Source: an uncultured Bacilli bacterium
Lineage (GTDB): Bacteria > Bacillota_I > Bacilli_A > RF39 > UBA660
Direction: 5' to 3'
Length of the DNA: 64,000 nt
Assembly: GCA_910584165.1 (NCBI GenBank)
Contig: CAJTZU010000001.1
Coordinates: 200,321-264,320 of the forward strand
Under the pieces are notes generated by a model that worked only from the letters and a program-made list of their open reading frames with translations, searched no databases and was not told where the DNA came from. How positions within the stretch are numbered: position 1 is the stretch's first letter; every line of letters starts with the position of its first letter. Below are positions 48,984-57,531 of this stretch, one piece after another. A program made the translations under genes and the position numbers.

Positions 48984-49960
48984 TTTTCTTCCCCTTGATA
49001 AATATCTGAAATAATATCCTCTAAAGGAATATTAGAGATATTAATATCTACTATATTATCTGGATTTAAAAGTTTTAAAGCATCAGCAACAGATTTCTTT
49101 TTGGTATCTACTTCTATTTTTAGATTATAACCTTTATCCTTTAAAATAGAAATGCCATCTTCCCCTTCTAAGTTTACTTTTTCTTTCATTTTTGCTTCTA
49201 CAATTTTTTTATTTAAATAATGATACTTTAAATTTTCCATAGAGTCATCTAATACTAACTTTCCATGATTTACAATGACTACTCTCTTGCAAAGTTTTTC
49301 AATATCACCAACATCATGGCTTGTTAAAAATACAGTTGTTTTATATTCTTTATTCATTCTTTTAATTAAAGAACGAATATTTTCTTTCACAACAGGATCA
49401 AGACCAATAGTTGGTTCATCTAAAAATAAAATTTTAGGATTGTGAATTAAAGATGCTACTATTTCACAACGAATACGTTGTCCTAAAGAAAGATTACGCA
49501 CAGGTGTATTTATAAAATCTTCTAATTCAAATAATCCTTTTAATTCTTCTATTTTCTTTTCCACTGCTTGCTCTGGAATATCATATATAGCTCCAAAAAA
49601 TTTAAAGTTATCATAAGGCGTTAAGTGAGTCCATAACTGTTCCTTTTGACCAAATACAGTACCTATCTCATAAGCTAAATTTTTTCTTTCTTTTTTAGGG
49701 TCAAAACCTAATATTGAGATATCACCACTATCTGGATAAAGAATTCCAGTAAGCATCTTAATAGTAGTTGATTTTCCTGCTCCATTTGGTCCTATAAAAG
49801 CAATCATCTCTCCTTTTTCTACAGAAAAAGAAATATCTTGAACTGCCTCTATTTTTTTATATTTTGGTTTCCATAAACTTTTTAAACTCCCTTTTAATCC
49901 TTTTTCTTTCTTTTTAACTTTAAACGTTTTACAAAGATTTTTTACTTCTATAACACTCAT
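48980..49960 (-). CDS. ABC transporter ATP-binding protein
   Basis: Walker A GPNGAGKST, signature LSLGQR and Walker B LFLDEPT. I prefer the start at ATG 49960 (MSVIEVKNL), preceded by AGAGGTGAG. Confidence 0.9.
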   Translation of the reverse strand: MSVIEVKNLCKTFKVKKKEKGLKGSLKSLWKPKYKKIEAVQDISFSVEKGEMIAFIGPNGAGKSTTIKMLTGILYPDSGDISILGFDPKKERKNLAYEIGTVFGQKEQLWTHLTPYDNFKFFGAIYDIPEQAVEKKIEELKGLFELEDFINTPVRNLSLGQRIRCEIVASLIHNPKILFLDEPTIGLDPVVKENIRSLIKRMNKEYKTTVFLTSHDVGDIEKLCKRVVIVNHGKLVLDDSMENLKYHYLNKKIVEAKMKEKVNLEGEDGISILKDKGYNLKIEVDTKKKSVADALKLLNPDNIVDINISNIPLEDIISDIYQGEEK

Positions 49961-50024
49961 CTTACTCACCTCTTTCATTATAGCACATTCCAAAATATAA
50001 AAAAGTCCAAACGGCACAAAGATA

Positions 50025-50105
50025 TCACTTTAAAAGTGACTCCCTCCATTTGGACGTGTAGGATATAATCCCTATGCAGCTTGGAAAACCTCATGCATAC
50101 TCACT
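50025..50105 (-). promoter_or_regulatory. Copy 2 (gene-proximal) of the duplicated structured element
   Basis: Minus-strand sequence: AAGTGAGTATGCAT...AAGCTGCATAGGGATTATATCCTACACGT...GGAGGGAGTCACTTTTAAAGTGA. It lies 65 nt upstream of the ABC ATPase start. Confidence 0.45.
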
Positions 50106-50136
50106 TAAACATTGTCTTTAGTACTTTGAAAAGCAG

Positions 50137-50172
50137 AAAAAAACACAAAGCACTATTTAGTGACTCCGTGTT
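50137..50172 (-). terminator. Hairpin plus T7 run overlapping the 3' end of element copy 1
   Basis: Minus-strand sequence: AACACGGAGTCACTAAATAGTGCTTTGTGTTTTTTTC. Outer stem AACAC/GTGTT, inner stem CACT/AGTG. It sequesters the TCACT that could otherwise pair with the 5' AGTGA. Confidence 0.5.
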
Positions 50173-50236
50173 TTAAATAACAACGTGTAGGTTTCCCCTA
50201 TGTAGCTCGAAGTAAAACTTTTTATACATACTCACT
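50150..50236 (-). promoter_or_regulatory. Copy 1 (promoter-proximal) of a duplicated structured element, candidate cis-regulatory RNA
   Basis: Minus-strand sequence: GAGTGAGTATGTAT...GAGCTACATAGGGGAAACCTACACGT...GGAGTCACTAAATAGTG. It shares the blocks AGTGAGTATG, AGCT.CATAGGG, CCTACACGT and GGAGTCACT with copy 2. 5' AGTGA can pair with 3' TCACT. TATG/CATA and TAGG/CCTA pairings are possible in both copies. Confidence 0.45.
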
Positions 50237-50271
50237 CGACGTCAATAATATATAATATTTTTTCACAATTG

Positions 50272-51495
50272 TCAAATTTTATTTTTTTCTTTTTTACCTA
50301 CTAATTTAGATACCATCATAGCACTTGGCAAATCTCCTACCACATTTAAAGCAGTAGCGGGAGAATCAATTAACCAACCAATTGTTGCAATAATAGGAAA
50401 AGCAGCAAGTGGAAAATCATATAAAGTTACAATTAATAATTCTCCTATCAAAGCCCCACCTGGAACGCCAGACATTACTACCCCGCTTAAAACAGATATT
50501 AAAATAGCAATCAAAATAGAATCAAAACTGGCAAGAGATTTACCAAAAATAGTAAATAAGAAAGCAATCTTTAAAACAGATGCCATACTAGAACCTTCCA
50601 TATGCATTGTGGCGCCAATTGGAAGAGTTACCTCACTAACATCTTTTTCGATACCGATTTCCTCAGCCGCTTCTAAATTTGCTGGTAAAGATGCCAAAGA
50701 AGAACAAGTCCCTAAAGCTGTAACCGTTGGAACGAAAAGTTTCTTAAAAGTAGATTTTATACCTTTTTTTCCATTTACTACATAAATATATAATGGATAA
50801 AAAATACCAAAATAAAGAACTGCCATAATCACATAGAAAATAAGACTTTTCGCATAACTTCCTATTAAAGAAGGACCATATTCATTTGTTAAGCAAGCAA
50901 AATAAGCAAATAAACCAATAGGTGCATAATACATGACAAAATGGATAAACTTCATAAATACTTCAGATGAAATATCTAATAATTTCTTTAATGGTGCTGC
51001 TTTTTCACCCAATTGATTGACACTTAGACCAAATAAAATGGAAAAAATAATTAAAGGGAACATATGGCTTTTCGTTAATAAATCTTGAAATTCTGAAACA
51101 GTAAACATATCTACAATACTAGTACCTAAATCTACCGATTCTTTTACACCATCTACTAATACAATGTTAGCACCTTTAGCAGGGTTTACAATAAATACGC
51201 CAATCAGCATAAAGATACAAGAAATTAGACTAGTAATTCCAAATACTAATAACATATATCCAAAAATAGAACCTAATCTTTTTCTACTACTCATATGGGC
51301 AATACTACTAGATATCGTAAAAAATACAAGTGGTACTACAATCGTAAATAACATATTCATAAAAACAGAACCAAATGGTTTTAAGATGGAAGCTGTATTA
51401 TCTTTTAATAATAAACCTGTAATCATACCTGAGAAAATAGCAACTAATAATAAAATGGAAAAGCGATAATTTTTCCATATTTTTCTTACACTCAT
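50272..51495 (-). CDS. Dicarboxylate/amino acid:cation symporter (DAACS/SDF family)
   Basis: 407-aa polytopic protein with family-typical hairpin regions (TCSSLASLPA, GATMHMEGSS, VVGDLPSAMMVSK). Confidence 0.8.
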   Translation of the reverse strand: MSVRKIWKNYRFSILLLVAIFSGMITGLLLKDNTASILKPFGSVFMNMLFTIVVPLVFFTISSSIAHMSSRKRLGSIFGYMLLVFGITSLISCIFMLIGVFIVNPAKGANIVLVDGVKESVDLGTSIVDMFTVSEFQDLLTKSHMFPLIIFSILFGLSVNQLGEKAAPLKKLLDISSEVFMKFIHFVMYYAPIGLFAYFACLTNEYGPSLIGSYAKSLIFYVIMAVLYFGIFYPLYIYVVNGKKGIKSTFKKLFVPTVTALGTCSSLASLPANLEAAEEIGIEKDVSEVTLPIGATMHMEGSSMASVLKIAFLFTIFGKSLASFDSILIAILISVLSGVVMSGVPGGALIGELLIVTLYDFPLAAFPIIATIGWLIDSPATALNVVGDLPSAMMVSKLVGKKEKNKI

Positions 51496-51535
51496 AACAT
51501 ACCTCCTATTACAATGTATGCATAAATAAGAAAAA

Positions 51536-51563
51536 CATGAAAAAAAGGTTTCACCGAAACCTT
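51536..51563 (-). terminator. Terminator after orf271
   Basis: Minus strand: AAGGTTTC-GGT-GAAACCTT then TTTTTC. Confidence 0.65.
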
Positions 51564-52377
51564 ATTCTTCCATAAAGTCAATAGACTTGAATGTATAAGA
51601 ACCATCTGGTTGTTTTTCAAAAACATAACGATATTTATCCATATAATTCAAACAATCATTTACATTTTCTTCTGTAATAACTACTTCAAGAGTACTATTA
51701 TGAAGAGTCGTTGTTAAAATATTTTCAGGATCTGAAATATCTGTATATGCTACATACTCATAAATATATAATTCTTCATTATTCGGAATAATCTCTTTAG
51801 CTGTAATTTTTATCTTTTTGTTTTCTTTCTTTTTCTTTACAGTCCATACTTCATACATATTTTTAGCTGGTTTATAAACATACATTACATTATCTAAAGT
51901 AATCGTTTGATGTTGTATCTCAATATCTCCAAATAATTTTTTTAAAGATTCTTCTAAAGCTGGGACCATAACATAAGTTCCTTCATAATAATAATTGCCA
52001 TTCGCATTTGCTAAAGCTTCTTTAATACGATATCCATTATCTTTTGTTAAATATTTCTTTTCAATATTTTTAAATCCCAAATATAACTTTGTAACATCTG
52101 ACATTTTATAAAGAGTTAAAGAATCATTTAAATAAGTTTTATCTTCTGTTGTCAAGATACTTTCCTCTTCCATGGATAAAGAATAGGTTGCATAAAGTTC
52201 ATTTGCAATTCGATTGATTCTTTCTTCTTCCGTTTCTGTTGGTGCATTAGATACAGAAGGAGGAGCCTCCTTTACTAACATAGGCGCAATGATAAATTGA
52301 TAAACTCCAAAACCTATCATAGCTATTAATAAAATGACTAAGCCTGTCTGTCCATTCGTTTCACGTCCTTGTGGCAT
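51562..52377 (-). CDS. Hypothetical membrane-anchored protein (271 aa)
   Basis: One N-terminal TM helix. No motif recognised. Confidence 0.55.
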   Translation of the reverse strand: MPQGRETNGQTGLVILLIAMIGFGVYQFIIAPMLVKEAPPSVSNAPTETEEERINRIANELYATYSLSMEEESILTTEDKTYLNDSLTLYKMSDVTKLYLGFKNIEKKYLTKDNGYRIKEALANANGNYYYEGTYVMVPALEESLKKLFGDIEIQHQTITLDNVMYVYKPAKNMYEVWTVKKKKENKKIKITAKEIIPNNEELYIYEYVAYTDISDPENILTTTLHNSTLEVVITEENVNDCLNYMDKYRYVFEKQPDGSYTFKSIDFMEE

Positions 52378-52430
52378 AATATCTTCCTTTCTTAATATAC
52401 TTATCTTACATTATAATGTTATCATAAATC

Positions 52431-52456
52431 AAAAAAAAAGCCAATACTATGGCTTT
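52431..52456 (-). terminator. Terminator after the nifS-trx-membrane oxidoreductase operon
   Basis: Minus strand: AAAGCCA-TAGTAT-TGGCTTT then TTTTTTG. Confidence 0.7.
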
Positions 52457-53675
52457 AAAAGTTAAACATTATCCAACTAGGCTTTACAATTAATAGAATA
52501 CCAATTAATAACATAATAATTCCCCCAATTAAAGAAGAGTATTTTGTATATTTATTAGAAATTCCTGTTACTTTTAAAGTAGTCATGGCTATTATAAAAA
52601 TAATGATATCATCTAATAAGAAAAAGAAAATATAAATTCCCATATAGATAATATTTTCCATACCACTTAATTGATTCAAAGTAAGAATCTGTGTAAATAA
52701 TAAAGGAAGACCAGCAGAACAAGCAAGTTCTACCACATTAACAGAAAATGCTAAAACAATCATTCCTATAATGGCAAGAAAATAATTTTTTTCTTTTACT
52801 ACTTTTTCTATTCTAGCAATTATCTTTGTTTTCTTCTCTTTAGAAGTTACTTCACAACCAATTGCTTTCTTTCTTGAAAGCCAAAACTTTCGAAGATTAT
52901 AAATAGAGCCTGCAATGGCAATGATCCCTATTCCGTAACGAAACCAAGTGGATAATAAAGCACCTGATATTCCTAACCAAGAAACCATAAATAAAAGGTA
53001 GATGAAAGCTGATGAAATAAGAAAAGTAAGACCTAATATCCACATCTTTTTCCTATTTTTCATATCCAACATCATTGTAATTAAAAAAATCAACACCCAC
53101 ATTGCACAAGGATTAAAACCATCTACAAAACCAATAACAATAGCTACTAATGGCAAAGAAACCTCTCTTGTATTTACTTCTCCAATAATTGGTAAAACTC
53201 GATAAGAAGATAGATTATAAATTCCATTATTCTTAGTTTTACAACCTTTCGTACTTTGTCCTTCTTCTAGTAAGGAAACAATATCACAATAATTTTCATG
53301 TTCTGAATATGCTTTAAAAGCTTCCTCTATTTGTTTTTGAATATCTTCATTATATCCAATAAAATAATCACTACCAATAACTGTTAATGGTACATAAGAA
53401 TTATGAACCGATAAAGAATTTCTAACTTCTGATACTAATTCACTATAATCCTCTCTTTCATAATACTTGATTTTAGCATTTGGATATTTTGCTGAAAAAG
53501 TTTTTAACCATTCTCTTTCCCTATGACAATGAGGACATTCCTCACTATAAAACAAATGAATTACTACGCTATCCCCATCCGATACTGCACCATATCCCCC
53601 ACTAACAGCAGCAGAAGCAGATATCGGCATACATAAAATTAAAAAACTAATTATATAAAATACTACTTTTTTCAT
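52455..53675 (-). CDS. Membrane thiol-disulfide oxidoreductase: exported thioredoxin-fold domain fused to a DsbD/CcdA-like Cys-containing TM domain
   Basis: I prefer the start at ATG 53675 (GAGGAG RBS). Signal peptide, a CPHC motif in an N-terminal domain of about 150 aa, then about 6 TM helices with conserved Cys in FNPCAMW and ELACSAGLP. Confidence 0.5.
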   Translation of the reverse strand: MKKVVFYIISFLILCMPISASAAVSGGYGAVSDGDSVVIHLFYSEECPHCHREREWLKTFSAKYPNAKIKYYEREDYSELVSEVRNSLSVHNSYVPLTVIGSDYFIGYNEDIQKQIEEAFKAYSEHENYCDIVSLLEEGQSTKGCKTKNNGIYNLSSYRVLPIIGEVNTREVSLPLVAIVIGFVDGFNPCAMWVLIFLITMMLDMKNRKKMWILGLTFLISSAFIYLLFMVSWLGISGALLSTWFRYGIGIIAIAGSIYNLRKFWLSRKKAIGCEVTSKEKKTKIIARIEKVVKEKNYFLAIIGMIVLAFSVNVVELACSAGLPLLFTQILTLNQLSGMENIIYMGIYIFFFLLDDIIIFIIAMTTLKVTGISNKYTKYSSLIGGIIMLLIGILLIVKPSWIMFNF

Positions 53676-53676
53676 A

Positions 53677-53925
53677 TCAAATCTCCTCAAAAAAGTTTAA
53701 GATTTCTTTTTTATTCGTTTCCCCTACTAAAATAGAACCTGTATCTTCTCGAATATAAATAGGAAGAATATCTTCATTAATATGATATTGCTTTCTTACT
53801 TTCTCTGATTCTTCGTAATTCATTGAAATCCACTCTATATTTTTTTCTTTTAACAGCTCCTGAATTCTAGATTTCATAATCAAACAACTACTACACCATA
53901 CTTCTTCTATTCTAATAACTTTCAC
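53677..53925 (-). CDS. Small thioredoxin/glutaredoxin-like protein
   Basis: 82 aa with a WCSSC motif near the N-terminus. Confidence 0.6.
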   Translation of the reverse strand: MKVIRIEEVWCSSCLIMKSRIQELLKEKNIEWISMNYEESEKVRKQYHINEDILPIYIREDTGSILVGETNKKEILNFFEEI

Positions 53926-53926
53926 T

Positions 53927-55063
53927 TTATTTTCTCCTCATTAAACTTGTCAATTTTTGATAGCATTCCTCAAAACCCTCTAAAAATTTTTCTAGTTCTT
54001 CCTCTGTTGTTAAATGAGATAAACTAATACGAATACTAGACTGTGCTCTTTCTTTATCATGTGTTACAGCAAGAACTGCTTTTGATTCAGAATGACTAGA
54101 AGAGCAAGCACTTTGAGTAGACACATAAATATTCTTTTCCTCTAAAGCATGTAACATCGTTTCGGGTTTAACACCCAAAATACTAATATTTAGAATATGT
54201 GGCAGAGAATCTTCAGGACTATTTATTCTCACATATTCATAAGTACTTAGTTTTTCTCTTATGAAATCATTCTTTTTCTTCACTTCTTCTTCATTTTTTA
54301 AAACAGATTCGTTTACTAAACGCAAAGCCTTAGCCATTGAAACAATTAGAGGCAAAGCAGGAGTTCCACTGCGATACTTCGTAGTGCTCTTTCCACCATG
54401 AATAAGAGGTTCTAATTCCACCTTTTCTTTTTTTATTAAAACACCAATGCCTTTTAAACCATAAAATTTATGGGCAGAAAAGCTAACTAAATCTATATCA
54501 CTACAATCTACTTTTCTTTTACCTATCATTTGAGTCATATCAACATGAAAATGACATTTTGGGAATTCTTTTATAATCTCTACAATTTTTTCGATTGGTT
54601 GAACAATTCCTAGTTCACTATTTACAGCATTAATACTAACTAAAATAGTGTCTTCCCTCATTAAAGACTTTAAATTTTCTAAATCAACTTTTCCATCAGG
54701 CATTAAAGATACAAAGCTTACTTCGAAGCCTTGATCCATTAAATAATTTAGCGGACCATAAATAGAAGAATGTTCCAATTCTGTTGTAATAATATGCTTA
54801 CCCCTATTTTGATATTCCTGGCAGATACCTTTTATTGCCAAATTATTGGATTCACTAGAGCCACTAGTATAAATGATTTCATTATCTTTCACATTTAATA
54901 TTTGCGCAATTTGATGAGTAGATTTATCAATTAAATTTTTAGCATCTACTCCTAATTTATGCAAAGAATTAGGATTACCAAAATACCGCAAAGAAGCTTC
55001 TTCAAAACTATGTAAGACATCCTGATTAACAGGAGTTGTTGCACTATAATCTAAATATATCAT
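53927..55063 (-). CDS. Cysteine desulfurase, NifS/IscS class I
   Basis: PLP-lysine motif SAHKFYGLKGIG and active-site loop SACSS. Confidence 0.88.
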   Translation of the reverse strand: MIYLDYSATTPVNQDVLHSFEEASLRYFGNPNSLHKLGVDAKNLIDKSTHQIAQILNVKDNEIIYTSGSSESNNLAIKGICQEYQNRGKHIITTELEHSSIYGPLNYLMDQGFEVSFVSLMPDGKVDLENLKSLMREDTILVSINAVNSELGIVQPIEKIVEIIKEFPKCHFHVDMTQMIGKRKVDCSDIDLVSFSAHKFYGLKGIGVLIKKEKVELEPLIHGGKSTTKYRSGTPALPLIVSMAKALRLVNESVLKNEEEVKKKNDFIREKLSTYEYVRINSPEDSLPHILNISILGVKPETMLHALEEKNIYVSTQSACSSSHSESKAVLAVTHDKERAQSSIRISLSHLTTEEELEKFLEGFEECYQKLTSLMRRK

Positions 55064-55091
55064 GTTATCACCAAACTCATTATATCATAGT

Positions 55092-55124
55092 TAAAATAAA
55101 AAAGACATTGTAACCAATGTCTTT
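55092..55124 (-). terminator. Terminator after the surface-protein operon
   Basis: Minus strand: AAAGACATTG-GTTA-CAATGTCTTT then TTTATTTT. Confidence 0.7.
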
Positions 55125-55133
55125 CTTGCTTTA

Positions 55134-57503
55134 TTATGCAGTTTCTTTAACTGCGTTTTTAATAACATCTTCTGGAATCACTAATGATTCAGTTAAATCA
55201 CTTACAGTTACTACAAATGAAATTGCATTGTAATCTGCTACTGCTTCATCAGCGAATGAAGCTAATAAGTCAGCACTCATTTCAGTAATTTTTTCATCTT
55301 TCACTTTAATGATAACATGAACGTCTTTATCAGGTATGAAAACTTCTTTATTATCTTCACCTTCTGCTAAAGTTGATAAACCAGGAATCTCTACTTTATC
55401 TCCAGCTTTAATTAAAAGTACATCGAAAGTAATGGTTCCATCAGCTGCAACTTCTACAACTTTTACATCACCTTGAATACCTAACATAGTTGAAGAACTA
55501 TCATCAGAATTTGTATTATTAGAAGTTACTGTATAAGTCCAATTAACATTGTCATCTGATTCATAATTATAAGTTCCATCAGCCTTTTCTTGGCTCCATC
55601 CATAAATGTTCATTGTCCCATTTGAAGTAGTTACTGTTGCATCCATTTTTTGTACATTTGTTTTTCCATCAAATGCTGTATTAAATACTATACTAGCACT
55701 ATTCTCTGCAACCTTTGCATCTGCAGTAAGAGTTAAAGTTGCCTTTGCACTTTCTAGTTCCATTAAATTATTAATAGCATTTTCTAATACTTCGTCAGCA
55801 AATGTTAATTTAGAATAATCAATTGTATATGTTTCAGTAGTATATTCATTACCATTTCCATCTCTATCGACTTTAATAGTAATTACTTTATTTTCTGCTT
55901 TTGGATCTAAAGCAAATAATACTGATAATGATTCTGCTCCTGTATAATTTACAGTTTTCTTACCATTGATTTCAATAGTAGTTTTATCATTAGCACCATC
56001 TACATCAACATTAAATGCATAATAGTAACCAGTTCTATCTTCTGGGTTACTACTGAATTTTTCGTCATTAGCAACACCTTTTGAAATAATACCAGTTAAT
56101 TTACCATTTTCTAATTTTACATTAGTGTCATTTTCTTTAAAATCAAATTTTGCTGTTAAGTCTGTTACATCAGCGGCTGGAATATTTGAACTAACCGTTG
56201 CTGTAGTTTTCTTTGCAAAAACTAAATTTTCATAACTAAATGTTAATGTTTTTGGAGTATATTCTTTTCCATCACCATCTAAGTCTACAGTTACTTTAAA
56301 AGTCTTGTCAGTCTCATTTGGGTCTAATTGATGAATAACAACAATTGCATTATCTGTATCGAATGCCTCAATTCCTACTACTTTAGTAGCACCATCTGCT
56401 GGAAGAGTAATTTTAACATCTTTAAGATCTTCTTTTGTCATTCCTTCTGGCATTGTCAATACATAAGCAACATAATATCCAGTGTCATCCTTAAATCCTT
56501 TAACACCTTCCATTGGTGCTACAACACCTTCAAATATTCCATCTTTTAAAGTAATATTTCCTACATTACCATTAAAATTAAATGCATCTTTTAAGTTTTT
56601 TAATGCATCAGCAAAAGCTTCATCTTTTGCATCAAATAAAGTTGTTGTTACTGAAGATTCTTTTTCAAATACTAGTTCAGAGTAATCAATAACATATTTT
56701 TTAGGTCCATATTCTACTGCTTCTCCATCTAAATCTGCAATAATTTCCAATGTTTTATTTTCAGCATTTGGATTTAATGAATATAGGATAGTTAAATCTT
56801 CTTTACCTACATGAACTTTATTACCTTTACTATATGTAATAGTAGTAGCATCATTTGCATTTTCTACTTTTACATTGATTGGAAAATAAAATCCTGTTTG
56901 TTCTGCTTCTGGCCAATTTGAACTATCAGCATCGCCTTTAGCAATAAATCCTTTTAATTTTATTTTTCCATCTTCTACTACTAATTTAACATCAGTATTA
57001 CTATTTGTTCTATCATATCCAAAAGCATTTTTTAAAGCTTCTAAATCAGCAGCACTAATATCACTACTAATAATTGCTTTTGTTTCTTCTGGAATAAATA
57101 CATAATCAAGGTATTTTATACTAACCTTGTCAGCTGATGCAGTAGTACCTACTAAGTTTTTATCAGCTGTAAATCCATTATAATTCCAATTAGAATCTGT
57201 TGTTCTAGTATAAGAATGGATTGTCATTGCACCATAGATTTCATCTTTATTTGTTTTTCCAGGTGCATTTGTGTTAATTGAACGAGCAGCTAACATTGTA
57301 TCTTGAGTCGTTAAAACCCATTCAGAAGTATAAGCATATTCGCCAATAATATAAATTCCACTAACAGCGTCACTGTATTCTAATGTTTCATCTACCAAAT
57401 CATTTAATTCATCTAAAGTTACCTCTCTAGCAAAACTTGGAGTAATTGCTACAAAGAAAGCACAAAAGAATACTAATAACAACTTGCTATATTTCTTTAT
57501 CAT
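55134..57503 (-). CDS. Secreted/surface protein with three internal repeats of about 130 aa
   Basis: Signal peptide MIKKYSKLLLVFFCAFFVAITPSFA. Three copies of a module ending ...LDP.AENK...I..DLDG.G.EY....Y.IDYS.L.F. No LPXTG motif or TM anchor. Confidence 0.7.
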   Translation of the reverse strand: MIKKYSKLLLVFFCAFFVAITPSFAREVTLDELNDLVDETLEYSDAVSGIYIIGEYAYTSEWVLTTQDTMLAARSINTNAPGKTNKDEIYGAMTIHSYTRTTDSNWNYNGFTADKNLVGTTASADKVSIKYLDYVFIPEETKAIISSDISAADLEALKNAFGYDRTNSNTDVKLVVEDGKIKLKGFIAKGDADSSNWPEAEQTGFYFPINVKVENANDATTITYSKGNKVHVGKEDLTILYSLNPNAENKTLEIIADLDGEAVEYGPKKYVIDYSELVFEKESSVTTTLFDAKDEAFADALKNLKDAFNFNGNVGNITLKDGIFEGVVAPMEGVKGFKDDTGYYVAYVLTMPEGMTKEDLKDVKITLPADGATKVVGIEAFDTDNAIVVIHQLDPNETDKTFKVTVDLDGDGKEYTPKTLTFSYENLVFAKKTTATVSSNIPAADVTDLTAKFDFKENDTNVKLENGKLTGIISKGVANDEKFSSNPEDRTGYYYAFNVDVDGANDKTTIEINGKKTVNYTGAESLSVLFALDPKAENKVITIKVDRDGNGNEYTTETYTIDYSKLTFADEVLENAINNLMELESAKATLTLTADAKVAENSASIVFNTAFDGKTNVQKMDATVTTSNGTMNIYGWSQEKADGTYNYESDDNVNWTYTVTSNNTNSDDSSSTMLGIQGDVKVVEVAADGTITFDVLLIKAGDKVEIPGLSTLAEGEDNKEVFIPDKDVHVIIKVKDEKITEMSADLLASFADEAVADYNAISFVVTVSDLTESLVIPEDVIKNAVKETA

Positions 57504-57531
57504 TTTCTTTTTTCCTTTCTACGATATTATA

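Noticed and set aside
50025-50236. Leader-peptide reading of the duplicated element (MYKKFYFELHRGNLHVVI in copy 1, MHEVFQAA in copy 2)
   Set aside because: The two copies conserve nucleotide blocks but not reading frame or peptide sequence, because indels occur between the blocks. The putative ATGs have no properly spaced RBS.
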